Origin: Schizosaccharomyces osmophilus
Taxonomy: Eukaryota
Assembly (NCBI RefSeq): GCF_027921745.1
Contig: NC_079238.1
Coordinates: 806,001 to 870,000, forward strand
DNA length: 64,000 bases
Direction: 5' to 3'
Of the stretch, positions 1-12,625 are shown in pieces. The translations under genes were made by a program, and so were the position numbers. The stretch's first letter is position 1, and each line of letters opens with the position of its first letter. Below the pieces are notes generated by a model. It was not told the DNA's origin, searched no databases, and saw only the letters and a list, made by a program, of their open reading frames with translations.

Positions 1-404
1 AAAGTTTATGAGAAAGATCCACGACGTTTTTGATTGTTTTTAGCTTGAAATAAAAAAAGCATTATTTATCGTTGTTTACTGATGGTTATATGTATTGATA
101 TAGACCTCATATGACACCCATTTGTTGGTATCAAACATTATATTATTAAAAAATATAAATTTGTCTTTTAGCTTCCAATCCTTTTCCAACACTCCTTGGG
201 AACTTGATTTGATTCATTCTTATCATGACAATTGGAGAATGAAGGTTGAACAATGATTTAACTTGGTAAAGTACAGAAAAGAATAGTGTCATTATGCATT
301 TTCCTCATGAATAATAGAAAATAGAAAAAGAATGAAAAGATTAACGCAATCATTGGGGAAGCCAAGAGAACATTATCATTTATAGAAGATTACTTGAATG
401 TCCC

Positions 405-1037
405 TTAGACACCCCTTCTACCAGAATGCTTGAAAAAGGTTTTCACAATAAAAACTTGAAGAGAAGAAAGACCTACAACCATAAGGGCCTCTGCGATACT
501 AAACCATAAGATGCGAGATTCTGTAGATTGGACGGTAGAAAAGTTACGGCTTTCCCGAGTGCGAAAGTAGGTTTGGATACGGTCAATTTCTGACAAAGCT
601 GTAGAAATTTCCATAACGGTCCCTTGCATGCTGTTGGGATTATAATTTTTTGGTGGATCACGGTTAAGCGAAGGAAGAGACATCTCGTTTTCCATTACCA
701 ACTCCATAGTGAGAATTTTGTCAGTGAAAGCAGACATGTGATTATCAAAACAAATGTCGTATTCTCCCTTTTCTTCCAAACTGAAATAAATATCTGCCTG
801 GCGTCGTTTCTTACCAAGAGCGACGGTCTTTTTGCTTGGGGCAGTAATACTGTAATCGACGTCAAAAGAGCCACCAGATTGAACAGCATATGTAAAATGA
901 CACTTTTCACCGGTGAATGGAGCTTCTATATGATAGCATTGTTGTTCCTGGTTTTCCAGTTGAAAGGTTAATTCAATGGCATGGACCCATGTCAAAAGCG
1001 TCAACAAAACGGCAAATTTGAACCCTACGAACCTCAT
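405..1037 (-). CDS. erp2: p24/GOLD-domain COPII cargo receptor (Erp2/3/4-like)
   Basis: Signal peptide, GOLD domain (QQCY...GGSFDVDY...YDICFDN), coiled coil, RESRNFSTVQSTESRILWFS, TM segment and FF tail; position next to ulp2 matches S. pombe SPAC17A5.08 as recalled. Confidence 0.85.
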   Translation of the reverse strand: MRFVGFKFAVLLTLLTWVHAIELTFQLENQEQQCYHIEAPFTGEKCHFTYAVQSGGSFDVDYSITAPSKKTVALGKKRRQADIYFSLEEKGEYDICFDNHMSAFTDKILTMELVMENEMSLPSLNRDPPKNYNPNSMQGTVMEISTALSEIDRIQTYFRTRESRNFSTVQSTESRILWFSIAEALMVVGLSSLQVFIVKTFFKHSGRRGV

Positions 1038-1989
1038 TTCTATCTATGGATGGAAAATACAGCTTTACTTTCGGAAACGAAGACTCCCACCTACTGCTTA
1101 TACTGTAACACTTTACAGATTTGGTCAATGTTGGTAGTGGGTAGGTCCGTCACCTACAATGAGGAAACGAAGTTGATACCATCGATATGGAACTGGATGA
1201 CACGTTTGCTGAAGATTATTAAGTGTTAATTTTAGAATTTAATAATTTTTCTGTTTTCGGTTTGTTTTTGGAAAGATACCCTTGAAACGAATTTCACTCT
1301 TTTTCAGTGTAGAAAAGGAGCGACCTATTTAGAGGCCAATATTTTCTTTGCCTGGGTTTTAAAGAATGAAAAGAAAGCATGAATAATTATCTTTACACGA
1401 ACTCTTCATGTCTTTGCTTCAAGCAATTTAAAGACAAGATGTGTTTTCCTGATTTGCAGAAGCACAATTCCTGAAAGTTCTTGGAAGTAATCCATTCTCA
1501 AAATGAAAGTTTCCTAATCATCAGAAATAGCCAACGTTCTTCACCCCAGTGGATCTGATTTCCTGAAGCATTCCTCAACAGTCTTGGAATGTGCAGCAAG
1601 ATAGAACAGCCTTAACTGGTTTAAGTTCTCATGGAAACTTTTATTTTATCGTTTCTTAGTACTATGATGATTACTTGGCCGTTTGGGATTCTCTGATACA
1701 ACTGACACGATGAAAACCAGTTTGAGAACTCTTTCCAGAAACGATTTCTAATTCTACAGCACTCAAGTAATGTAAAAAAAAAATCATAGACAATACTAGA
1801 TATTTTGCTATTTTCGCAAATATAACAAATAGTTTATACAGCTTTGCTTTCTTTGTTTATTTATTACTGCATCGTGTCGAGTTATTGTATTCCAGTTTGT
1901 AGCTTGCTTTCGACCGCGGTAAACGAATTTATTTAACTTTTATATGATTCAAACAATTCTTCTACCAATTACTGGAGATGCTATGAAGG

Positions 1990-4430
1990 ATGGAAAACTC
2001 CAAAGGTTCCGTAAGTACTGCTTGACTTGCCTTTTCTTGTTCTAACGCAAATTGTAGCTCCATAGTAGTTCCGGGTCTTTCAACAATCTTTTACCTCCCT
2101 TTGGACACCAAAGGTAAAAGCTCTTGAATGCAAGCTATGGTCTAGAGAACTAACGAAGCATTAAATTTAGCAAAAGCGATAACCCAACCGACGCAATTCC
2201 TATCAAAAGTCCGTTGGAGAGACTGAGTACGTCGACGGAGCCAAGTTCTCAACAAGCCTTGACACGAACACCGAAAAAAGCATTATCAAGAGCTGGCGAG
2301 ACTTCCTCTGTTGCTGCTGTAGTAAGTCCTAGACAATCCAAGCGTCTTTTCTCCGAGGTGTCAGTTCAATCTCGTAAGTTTGTTTTTCTCAATAGCTTGA
2401 AAGGAGCAAAACCAGTGAGGAGTGACTCGCAGAATTAAAATGTTTGGCTTAAATTTTTGCTGCGTTGTTTTTCCTTTTCAAGTCATCATCATTTTTTTCC
2501 TTTCTGTCCCAATGAAGCTAACTCAGTTCTCTTCCTCGCCAAAAGCAATGATATGGCGAGAGAGATCAAATATAGCAAGAAAGAAGAAACAAATTCAGTC
2601 GGTTGATTTACCATTTACAAAAGGTGGATATGGTGGCTTTTACGACTCTAGAAATGGAAGCTTAAAATTCACAAAACATGAACTTATGGTTACATATGCT
2701 GACCGGTTTCACGTTCCTCCTATCCATTTTCCGGTACACGTTTTTAAGCGTGTATTTTGGCTTCAGGGCTGGCGAGACGCTCATGTAGAGTCGCCCGTTC
2801 ATGCTATCCAGATAACCCTAAAAAGTCGGGATATGAAGCGCATAGTGCGAGGAGACTCAACAAGCATGCTTTTTTTGTACAACCCAAATCATGTTGAAGC
2901 AGCCCGTGCCGGTTTGGATTTGTTTGATCAATCTGAATTCAGCCTTCTTTCTCCTTCCTCGGCCAAGGAATTTCAGCATCTGTTGACTGTTAAACAGCCT
3001 GCTCCTAGCTCATCGGCTACCTCCTCTCCTTCCATTTCCCGCGTAAAAAATGCCCCCTCTAAATCCGTTCAATCTAGTCCTTCCTCTAGCCAATCTCGTT
3101 CAGCTACATCTCACTCACCAAACAATCAAGTTGCTACACCTATTGGCAGCCCTAAAACGCCTAAAAGTGCAAAAGCTCCCACCGTTTCTATAGAGTCACT
3201 GAAATCTACGCCGAGTCGGCCATCTCTTAATAGCACGCCTAGGTCGGCTTCCACTGCTCTCAAACGCATACCGTCGTTACCCAGCGTCTTTGGGGACAAT
3301 CATGGAACCTTTTATAATGAAATTACTGCCTCGCAGGAATCCGACAAATCTCTCGTTTCTGAAATACCGTGTCATACCCTTCTTATTTATCCATTTACTG
3401 GTACAAACACCATTTCTGTAAACAATATTGACTTAGTTCGATTAAACGATGGTGAATTTTTGAATGACACTATCGTCGATTTTTATTTACGGTAATGGTT
3501 TCTTTTGTTTTCATACGACTAACTATTTAATTTTAGTTATTTATATTGTAAACTAGAAAAAGAAAACCCTTCTTTAGCACAGTCAACGCATATCTTTAAT
3601 TCCTTTTTCTTTAGTCGACTAGTCTCAAAGGACAAGGATGGGTAAGCTACATTAATTTTCCCGTGAATCTTTACTTACCAAATTTTATTTAGTAAGCGAT
3701 TAGGTCAAAGCGGAGTGCGAAAATGGACGCAGAAATTTGACTTGTTTACCAAAAAGTTTGTTATTGTTCCTATAAATGAAATGTTTCACTGGTATCTGGC
3801 AATTATCTGCAACATAGATCAATTAGTACCGGCAAACCACAAAAACTCTTCCGAGGAGGAAGACGAAATTACTTTACCCTCGGCGCAAAACGATAAGTCA
3901 GAGAATAAAGTTGTCCTTACAAGTAATAGGTACGTCTTTACGAAAGCCAATACCAGGATGCCGTTATTAACCATATTTGTTTTAGCCCAGTTATTCTGAT
4001 CTTTGATTCTTTGGCGAACATGCACAAAGGTAGTTTGAAGTATCTACGAGATTACTTGATTGATGAGGCCTGGGAAAGGAAGAAAGTACAGTTGAAGCCA
4101 ACTGATATTCGCGGGTTCCATGCCAAAGTGCCACAACAGAGTAATTTTTCCGATTGTGGTATCTTTGCACTTCACTTTGTAGAATTATTTCTTGAAGCGC
4201 CTCATCAAGTGCTATCAGATATCTTGGACAAGTCAGCAAGACAGAATGTATCCCAAAGTTTTGATGAACGTTGGAATGTTCATAAAATTAATACTAGACG
4301 GGAAGATATTAGAGGTTTAATTGGAAACTTATCTAAAGAATGGATGTCTAATAATAAGGACAACCAACTGTCCTCTGAAAATTCAAAGGACAACAATGAT
4401 GACGATGATGATGACCTTACTGTTCTGTAA
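1990..4430 (+). CDS. ulp2: SUMO deconjugating protease Ulp2 (C48 peptidase), 7 exons
   Basis: Exons approx. 1990-2010, 2058-2113, 2171-2373, 2576-3491, 3537-3641, 3693-3929, 3986-4430 join in frame with GT..AG introns; motifs FLNDTIVDFYL, VPINEMFHWYL, FDSL, QQSNFSDCG. Confidence 0.92.
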
Positions 4431-4581
4431 ATTAGCTAGATTTTTTAGATAAAAAGGGATTTTAGGAATTATAAATATAAATATCTTATTCATAAATATT
4501 TGTTAGGCTCAAATTATGCACAAAAGGTTGTTAATAAATTACTTTAAAGATCAAATACGTTAACTAAAACAAAAACATTGA

Positions 4582-6990
4582 TTATCTTTTTCGATTGTAT
4601 AAATGTTTTCTGAAAAGAGCATGATGCTCCTTATTGTCCTTCCGTAGCTGTTTGTTTGCACTTTTATTATACTCAACATATGCCATATTATCACCACCTG
4701 CAAGCGTACTTAAAGAACCACCAGTCCGCTTTGCTTTAGCAGGACCTCTTGACACCCTAGCGCTAAAGCCAGACGAGTCATCACCGTCGTCCAAATTAGC
4801 AGCTTCTTCGTTTTGAAGTAAAACTTCTTGCAAAAGCTCCAAACGTTCAGCTTTTGAGGCATAGGCCAAATTTGGTAAATTCTCCATTCCCTTAAGATTT
4901 GTAATAACTTTGAACGCATACCCTTGATCTATCAAAAATGCTTGTCTTTTACTCGAGTAGAACATTTCTTGGGTATCCTTTGAAACCAAACTATAAAAGA
5001 AAGCATTAAATCCCGCATCGTTTCTTCGCTTGGCACGAAGAATACGACCTAATCGTTGAGCTTCTTGTCGACGAGAACCATAGTGTGAAGAAATCTGGAT
5101 CAGACATGTAGCTTCAGGAAGATCTATTGAAGTGTCACCAACCTTTGACAAAAATATAGTGTTTACAAGCTCGTTATATTGAAAATTTTCCAAAATACGC
5201 ATTCTTTCTAGTTGAGGCGTACCACCATAAATGAAATACTTTCCTAACTTTAATGCATACGCACGTAAAGCGTATACATTATCAGAGAAAACGATAATTT
5301 TATCACCCCTCTTTTCGTGGTAATCGATCAGGAACTGGCAAGCTTGAAATTTTTTCGGATTCATGATATACAATAGCATTCGTTTTCTTGAATTCTCTCT
5401 GAGATACTCATTATAAAATTCTGTAGTCATTGGACACCACACTTCTGCACACTGTACGTTCGCAATATGCCCTTTTTGGGCAAGATCCATCCAATTTGCT
5501 TCGTACATTTTAGGACCAATCAAAAAATTTAAATCATCAATTTTATCATCTTCACGAACAAGGGTAGCCGTCAATCCCAATTTGGAATGAGCAGCAATCG
5601 TAGTAACGACACGACGAAACATCGCTGCAGGAACTACATGCACTTCGTCTAACAATATAAAACCCCACTCACGTCCAGTCAAAAAATCCATCATTTTTTG
5701 GGAATCATAAGAACGATTTCTCGTATTGGCAACCATCGAATATGTGGACACAACCACACCAGCTTCACTGTGAAACCGTTCCTTATGGTCGGCCGTAAAA
5801 ACCGCAATGTGATCTGCTTTAATGTTGCTCCATTGGAGAAACTGTTGACGCCATTGCATTACCGACACAGAACTAGTACACAACACGATAACCGACTTCT
5901 TGATAGTGCAAGCAGCGGTAATGCCCACCAATGTTTTTCCAGCACCGCAGGGTAAAACAATAATACCGCTCCGAGCACGACCGTTACCAAACATCTTACT
6001 CAAACTCTTTTCTTGATAAGGACGAATTTGAGTACTTGGTTTTAAGTCAATAGGTAGGTCCGGATTGATGTTGTCATTTCTAAAATCATATTCCTCCAAT
6101 AAAGGATAATCAATTTCAGCACATCTCTTCTTAATGGTTTCAACAGAATAGTGTTTAATTTCAAAAAGATGAACTGCATCTTCGTCATCCTCTTCCTCTT
6201 GTAATCCGACAACCGCAGAAAACAAAAGGTCGGAAGAGTCCTGTCCATTTTCGCTTGTAGTTTCATTAGGTTGATTTTCAGAAACCGAAGGAGCTGCTGC
6301 TTCGGCGTTTTGTTGTGGTTTTAAAGATTCTGTCTTGGATTGCGAAGAATCAACCCTAAGGGGACCAATAACGGGGTCTTGAAGTAAAAGACGAAGGACG
6401 TTAGCATCTCCACTCTCAATAAAGTAGCGATTCTTCTTCAGAACCAGCTTTACCTTGCCGTAAGACACAGTGCATGCACGGATGAATTCAACGATGGATT
6501 GAGGGATCGGAGTTTTGGAAAGGCGATCAAGAACACTAATAATATCCTCTGTTTTCAAACCAACGCTGACTGCTGCGTATAAAGAGTAAGCAGTGATTCT
6601 GTACTCGTGAATGTATGCAGGGCGTGAAACAGGTTCTGATATTGTGACTAAGAAATCAATGGCCTGCTCTGCTAAAGGAGAAAAAGCTTCTAAGATAATT
6701 CTTCCATCAACTGGATTAATCCACAGAGGTCTTGCTTGATGATCAAGCTTCAAACCTAAAAGAGCCGAAAAGTCATTTTGTCCAAACATAGAAGAAATAC
6801 CCGTGGGTACTTGCTGAGTGTTTCGATCTGCATTTTTATTTTTGGAGTTATTCGTAGAAGATGCTCGAACTCTCGCAGTAGGAGTGTACAAATCATCATC
6901 ATAAGCATCGCCTTCTGAGTAATCGCTAAACTCCTCCAAATCCTCGTCAGGAGTACCTTCCCTGGCCTGATTTTTTCTTTTTACACTCAT
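4582..6990 (-). CDS. ptr8: TFIIH helicase XPB/ERCC3/Ssl2
   Basis: 802 aa; [40 protein letters not shown] helicase motifs. Confidence 0.97.
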   Translation of the reverse strand: MSVKRKNQAREGTPDEDLEEFSDYSEGDAYDDDLYTPTARVRASSTNNSKNKNADRNTQQVPTGISSMFGQNDFSALLGLKLDHQARPLWINPVDGRIILEAFSPLAEQAIDFLVTISEPVSRPAYIHEYRITAYSLYAAVSVGLKTEDIISVLDRLSKTPIPQSIVEFIRACTVSYGKVKLVLKKNRYFIESGDANVLRLLLQDPVIGPLRVDSSQSKTESLKPQQNAEAAAPSVSENQPNETTSENGQDSSDLLFSAVVGLQEEEDDEDAVHLFEIKHYSVETIKKRCAEIDYPLLEEYDFRNDNINPDLPIDLKPSTQIRPYQEKSLSKMFGNGRARSGIIVLPCGAGKTLVGITAACTIKKSVIVLCTSSVSVMQWRQQFLQWSNIKADHIAVFTADHKERFHSEAGVVVSTYSMVANTRNRSYDSQKMMDFLTGREWGFILLDEVHVVPAAMFRRVVTTIAAHSKLGLTATLVREDDKIDDLNFLIGPKMYEANWMDLAQKGHIANVQCAEVWCPMTTEFYNEYLRENSRKRMLLYIMNPKKFQACQFLIDYHEKRGDKIIVFSDNVYALRAYALKLGKYFIYGGTPQLERMRILENFQYNELVNTIFLSKVGDTSIDLPEATCLIQISSHYGSRRQEAQRLGRILRAKRRNDAGFNAFFYSLVSKDTQEMFYSSKRQAFLIDQGYAFKVITNLKGMENLPNLAYASKAERLELLQEVLLQNEEAANLDDGDDSSGFSARVSRGPAKAKRTGGSLSTLAGGDNMAYVEYNKSANKQLRKDNKEHHALFRKHLYNRKR

Positions 6991-7292
6991 TTCAATCTTT
7001 ATCTTTCAAAATCTTGAAACACGGATTTGAAAAATGGGAACAGATGCTGCACTTATAAAGTCGAGAGCTCTGGTCGAAACCAAAACTTGAGATAAAATTA
7101 GTCAGATCAGTAAACAAGCGTTCACTAATTCTTCAGTATTTCGGCTTTAAATGTTACAAATACCTAGAAACTATTTTTTTTAAAGAACAGATGTAGTGAA
7201 AGGCGGATGGCAACTAGCAGAGTGCTGTGCGCCATACATATGAGAAGCAGGGAAAGAGCTGTATCGCACTGGTATCTTTATAAAATAAAAAA

Positions 7293-7779
7293 TCAAGAAG
7301 TTTTAAATTCCTTCGTTGATAATTCGGTCTGAGTTGACAGCAAGGGTGCTGAAGACGAGTACCCTGGAGCTACACGATGGAGTGTTTCCGATTGCTCCTT
7401 TTCTTTTTTTGACTTCCATTCTTGGTAAGGCTTTTTCAAATCGTTTATAGTTGACCATTCAATTGGGTCTGGCAGTTTCAAGTCGTCCACTGGCACACGC
7501 GGCTATAAAGGTACATTAGCAAAGTTTCGATTCAAATATCAAATTTGGCTTACAATAGTGTCGACGGAGCTTTTTTTTAGGTCATTAGGGTCAAATGGAG
7601 GAGCAGAAATGCTAGGAATTAAATCTTTATTCGGGACCCTACGATAACTCATTTTGGTACATTAGCTTGTGGTTGGGAAATGGATTCTGTAACATCAAAC
7701 TTGAATGTGAGCCTCACAAGTGGAAATAGTCGATAATACTTTTAGACTTTTTAAATGCTTCTTCCTCTTTGTTATTCAT
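7293..7779 (-). CDS. small 3-exon protein of unknown function (118 aa), probably fission-yeast specific
   Basis: Exons 7779-7718, 7638-7554, 7502-7293 with GTGAGG/GTAAGC donors, CTAAT branch sites and TAG acceptors give a stop-free frame MNNKEEEAFKKSKSIIDYFHLVPNKDL...PRVPVDDLKLPDP...RVAPGY... Confidence 0.7.
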
Positions 7780-7986
7780 TGAATACCACTTACTTGCTGA
7801 CTCGAGCAATGCTGGTTCAAGTTACTAAAATACCAATTGGACTTTAAGACGAAACCTTCTTGACAAAATAAATTAACTTTACTTATCCATAAAAATAAAG
7901 TCCATTTAGGACCATAACTACTTGCTGATTCGTCTTTCTCTTGTTTTTATTCCTGGAAAGGAAAGAGGAGCAAGGATCGACAAGAT

Positions 7987-7993
7987 GTAAACA
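7987..7993 (+). promoter_or_regulatory. FLEX/forkhead core GTAAACA in divergent promoter
   Basis: Exact GTAAACA(AA) between the small orphan gene and the methyltransferase-like gene; a single short motif. Confidence 0.3.
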
Positions 7994-8387
7994 AATGCCG
8001 ATCAGAGTTTCCATTGAGTCGTTTCTTCCTTTTTATTGCACTAACTGTGGCATATGTGTTTTTCCTTTCGAACCTCATTTCGTTGCCGTCTGGGATATCT
8101 CAAAGCTTCTGTCTTGAATATTCATTCCTTGCGTGGATAATCTGAACAAGGATCATTGAAGCCACACACTTTGGGGATTCATAAGATTATGACTTTAAAA
8201 AATGAATTGATTTCTGGAAACAACTCACTGTTCTTTTGGTTTTCTTCTTTTCCCATCTTCCTATGTATTGTATGATCTGCATTAAATCATGATCTGCGTC
8301 TTAGCGAATCTTTATTTTATCGAAATTTTCAAAAGAGAAATCAAATTGTTGGAAACAAACGGTTTATCCTGAAACAAAGTCGCTGAA

Positions 8388-9174
8388 ATGCGTGCAAACT
8401 ATGCTCAAGGTGTTGATGTTTATTACCAAAAAAGCGGATCTACATACCGGTAAGTAAGCTCTCGTTGTACAAAAGAGGAGAGGCCCTTTCCTTTGTATGT
8501 ATGGGTAATGGAAATGCAACCGCTAATTGCGTTTTCCGTTTAGAAATCTTCACTTTCATGCCTTAAGGCCTTTAACCATGGATTGCTTGAGCCGTTTCTG
8601 GGATCACGATGAAAAGACTCGTAACTTGGGATTTCATATTGTTGACTTGGCTTGCGGTAGTGGAGAAATAACTCAGGTGGTTCGAGAATGGGAATCTTTA
8701 GGAAAGAAAACTCTTTCCGAAGGTGTTGCTTCTAGGACGAGAAGAAAACTATCTGTCCGTCAGATTCCTTCCAACTTTCCACCGATCGAAATTGTAGCGG
8801 CGGACCCCTACACTGGAGAAGCTTATAAGCAAAATGTTGGAGTTTCGTGCCTTAATTTGAATTTCCAGGATATTGCTGATGGGAAGCTACCTCCTTCAAA
8901 AGCCGAAGATGGAATTTACGATCTGGTCATTTGCTCGTTTGCTTTACACTTACTGACCGATCCATCAAAATTGTTCGCTACATGCTATGCTTTGGCAGCT
9001 CAGTGCAGATGGCTTCTTATTGTTGGCCCTCACAAGCAACCGATGTTAAAACCGGAATGGGGTTGGATACCTTGGAACATAGAAACTTGGCTTCCACTGG
9101 TTTATGGCGTTAACCATGACCATGTTATAGAACGTGTACATGGTCGTTTTTTTCAGAGTATGTACTTTCTGTAA
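8388..9174 (+). CDS. conserved SAM-dependent methyltransferase-like protein, 2 exons
   Basis: Exons 8388-8449 and 8544-9174; MRANYAQGVDVYYQKSGSTYRNLHF..., SAM motif I VDLACGSGE, DLVICSFALH. Confidence 0.85.
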
Positions 9175-9381
9175 ATTGAATGTTTAACGTTTGTTATTTG
9201 GTTTCATTTTCAAGTGTTCTCAGGGGGTTTTCGCCCTTTTCTTTGCTGCACTGTTCAAAATTATCTTATTCTATTTATTTTTTTAATTTTCTTATTATTC
9301 TCTCGATATTCTCTCGAAAAAAAACAGCCGTAAAAAATCCAGTTCATCTGTGTTTTCGTGATTTGTTGTCATTATTCCAAG

Positions 9382-9394
9382 GTAAACAAACAAA
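9382..9394 (+). promoter_or_regulatory. FLEX element (Mei4 site) upstream of mde10
   Basis: GTAAACAAACAAA about 100 nt before the mde10 ATG; mde genes are defined as Mei4-dependent. Confidence 0.8.
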
Positions 9395-9495
9395 TCGAAA
9401 TCGATACTTGTGTTCCCTTGTTTTCAGACAAGCATTAACTCTCACATTTTTGGTCAAAATTTTCTCATTTCTTAAGCAGTTTTTGTTCTTCTGCT

Positions 9496-11105
9496 ATGCG
9501 GCTTGTTTTTGTATATTGGGTTTTTTTTGTAAGACTTCTGGTACATGCGACTTATCGATCCGACACGGAAACTTTGCATATCCTTCCTGACTCAAAGAGA
9601 TCTCTTCAAGATTGGAACGCAAATAGGTTTCATGAATATCGTATAAAATCATCTGTTTCTCTTCCAGTTGACTCATTATTTCCGTCGCATCAAACGCTAT
9701 GGTTGGGCATAGAAGCTGATTGTAGCTACTTGGCCCAGTTCACAAGCCGTGTAGAAGCAAAAAAGCACATTCTACAAGAAATAGAAAAAGTCTCTGCCTT
9801 ATACGATCGCTCATTTCACATATACGTGCAGGTACTTCAACTTTTCTTACCTTCTTTTGAAGACTGCTTCGTAAGTAAACCCATGAGCGAGAATGGGGTA
9901 GGGTCAGATAAGGTTGTGTCTTTAGAAGAAAAGCTAAACTCGTTTACCGAAAAGAAAAAGGATACGGAACATGAGAAAAATTCTTTGGTACCAAATGCAA
10001 AGTATCTTAGCTTGACTTCTGAAGACTCTACCAGCCAAACTGTTTCTCCACAGGCATGGCTTTTGCTTACAACAACAAGAGACAGCAAAAGAAAGGGCAT
10101 TTCTTGGTTTGCTACTATTTGCAATGGTTTTAGCATTGAGGATGGATGGCAAGTGGGCCCCTCTAGCGTTGTAGCAGCATATCCAAATGACTGGCCCATT
10201 ATTGCTCATGAGTTAGGACATAATTTTGGTTTGATTCATGACTGTGATAAAAAGTCATGTCAGGACCCAAACGAAAGCTGCTGTCCTCTTTCACATGCAC
10301 TTTGTGACGCACAGGGCTTGTATGTCATGCATCCATCCAATTCCTATCCAAAGCATAGGTTTAGTGATTGCTCAATTTTACAGCTTCATTCTTTACTAGC
10401 AAAAAACTATATTTCGTTCTCTTGCCTCTCTAAACCATCAGATAACGTGGGCATCAAATTAGGTATGTCTTTGGCGTTTTCGTATAGGATTTACTAACTT
10501 ACTAAATAGGAATGTGTGGTAATGGCATTGTTGAAGGTGACGAGGAGTGTGATTGCGGAGATGATTGCAGTCAGAACCCTTGTTGTGATGGGAAATCCTG
10601 TAAGTATGCTACCGGTGCAGTCTGCGATGATTCAAAAGATAGTTGCTGCAAAGACTGCCAATTAAGTCGGGCAGGGACGGTATGCAGAAAAGCGTTCGGA
10701 TCGTGTGATAAATCAGAGTTTTGCACTGGAAAGACCGCGGAATGTCCTAAAGATGAACATTGGGAGGATGGAAGATATTGTTCTTTGCCTAATAGAAACG
10801 GTTACTGTGCTTCTGGTAAATGTACCTCTCCTTCAGAGCAATGTCGAGAACTTACTAACTTTAGCATCTCAGCTTGCCAACCCGGTAGCTGCAAAGTTTC
10901 TTGTATGAATGAAAATGGCGTGTGCTATTCCAGCTCTATAAATTATTTAGACGGTACCCGCTGTGCTGAAGGTTTATGTTATAATGGAAACTGCGTTCCC
11001 GTTGAAGAGACTTCGGCTGCTACATGGAGAAAGCAACCCTCCCTCTTCTGTGCTTCAGCTACTATGCTTATATCACTAGCGCTTATAGCCTGGTTTTTCT
11101 GGTAG
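9496..11105 (+). CDS. mde10: ADAM-family metalloprotease, spore wall assembly, 2 exons
   Basis: Signal peptide, HELGHNFGLIHD zinc motif, disintegrin CGNGIVEGDEECDCG, C-terminal TM; intron 10463-10509. Confidence 0.93.
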
Positions 11106-11362
11106 TTAAAGCCTTTCTTATTATGAAGAATGCATGCACCGTACAGTTCTAACTATGATTGTACTTAGTTGCAGTTTTCGTTCTATTTGACAGAGCTCTT
11201 ATCTCTTGTGTATTGACTTATATAAATTCTCAGTTACCGATAAATAATCAGACTATATTCCTAAACCATTACACATAGCTACATCCAAAACCTTTAATTT
11301 TAAAACCGGTAATTTGAAACCTTTTATTAATCTTCTCCAAAAGACGAAAGTAAAGAACAAAT

Positions 11363-12529
11363 TTAAGCAATATCCTTCTTGAAGGTACCCATAAATTGTC
11401 TGGCTTCGGCAGGGGTCTGGAAACGTCCATGGCCAAACTTGGAAGCAGTGTCAATCCATTTGAGGTTGACGTCTTCCAAAGCCTTACGAGAAGTGTGGGT
11501 AATGAGAGACTTACGGATGGTCATGATACGCTTAACGGGACCGGGAGTAGCACCGTTCAACATGATGTAGTCGTTGTCTACAGCACCATAGCGAACGAAT
11601 CCACCCATAGGAGTAATACGCTTTTCGGTGGCATCAAAGTCAGTAGAAGCGTTCTTGCCGTCTTCACCAGCACCAACACGGTAGATCTTGGAGTTCAATT
11701 GGGTACGGTGCATGTAACCGGCGTTACCGGCACGGGGAACAGTCCATTGGACGTTGGCAGGGTGCCAAGCACCGATACAAGCAACCTTACGAAGACCACG
11801 GTGAGTCTTACGAGGAAGGTGCTTAGTACCCCAACGGCCAGTGGTACCTTCGGCACCCTTACCGCGAGTGACACCAATGATATCGACGATTTCGTTTTGC
11901 TCAAAGGTGGACTTGACGTCGACGGTCTTTTCGAAGTGCTCACGGGCCCATTCAACCTTGTCGGAAACGGAACCACCGTTGATTTGAACTTCCATAAGGT
12001 GGGCCTTCTTTTGAGCAAGAGGGGTCTTACGGATTTGAGTGTGAGCAAGGACACGGACAACGGAGCAGTACTTCTTGATACGCTCGAGCTCACGAGAAAG
12101 AGATTGAGTGTTCTCGGAGTACTTCTTGGCGTACTTGGTGAAAGCCTTCTTTTTACTCTTGAACCAGTTCTTGTAAAAGCGGCGCTTGACTTCTTCAGAC
12201 AAGTGCTCAGCCCAGACAGTGGTGAGAGAGCGGAGACCACGGGGAGTCTCGACATAACCAACAACACCGACAACAACCATGGGAGGAGTTTCGATGACAG
12301 TAACGGCTTCAAGAATTTCACGCTTGTGCATCTTAGAGCCAGGGCGGTCGAGATCACGAACAATGTGAGTCATACCGGCCTTGTAACCAAGGAAGGCAGT
12401 CAAGTGAACAGGCTTGGAGGAATCATCCTTGGGGAAAGCTTTCACTTTACCGCGAACACGGGAGGCACGCTTACGGGGCAAAAAGCCAAGGGAACCGAGA
12501 CGAGGATGCTCGTATTTACAATGAGACAT
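11363..12529 (-). CDS. rpl301: 60S ribosomal protein L3 (uL3)
   Basis: 388 aa uL3 motifs [34 protein letters not shown]; strong codon bias; paralog number assigned from synteny. Confidence 0.96.
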   Translation of the reverse strand: MSHCKYEHPRLGSLGFLPRKRASRVRGKVKAFPKDDSSKPVHLTAFLGYKAGMTHIVRDLDRPGSKMHKREILEAVTVIETPPMVVVGVVGYVETPRGLRSLTTVWAEHLSEEVKRRFYKNWFKSKKKAFTKYAKKYSENTQSLSRELERIKKYCSVVRVLAHTQIRKTPLAQKKAHLMEVQINGGSVSDKVEWAREHFEKTVDVKSTFEQNEIVDIIGVTRGKGAEGTTGRWGTKHLPRKTHRGLRKVACIGAWHPANVQWTVPRAGNAGYMHRTQLNSKIYRVGAGEDGKNASTDFDATEKRITPMGGFVRYGAVDNDYIMLNGATPGPVKRIMTIRKSLITHTSRKALEDVNLKWIDTASKFGHGRFQTPAEARQFMGTFKKDIA

Positions 12530-12595
12530 GACAGCGACCGCTTTAGTTGGTTATGGAACGATATTTTTCACCAAAAATGTTAGACCTTAACATGC

Positions 12596-12625
12596 TGTGA
12601 CTGGCATTAAGACCTAGGTTAGGGT
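12596..12625 (-). promoter_or_regulatory. Homol D box plus Homol E-like element of rpl3 promoter
   Basis: TGTGACTG 12596-12603 (CAGTCACA on minus strand) and AGGTTAGGGT 12616-12625 (one mismatch to AGGGTAGGGT). Confidence 0.8.

Noticed and set aside
1663..1727. ATGATGA...CTGA resembling a C/D snoRNA between erp2 and ulp2
   Set aside because: C-to-D spacing is short and I found no rRNA/snRNA complement of 10 nt or more; needs snoscan.
9180..9590. 136-aa ORF upstream of mde10
   Set aside because: Phe/Leu-rich translation of T-rich promoter DNA that contains the FLEX site.
11396..12583. 395-aa antisense ORF and 222-aa alternate-frame ORF over rpl3
   Set aside because: Expected shadow of strong codon bias in a highly expressed gene; no recognisable protein.
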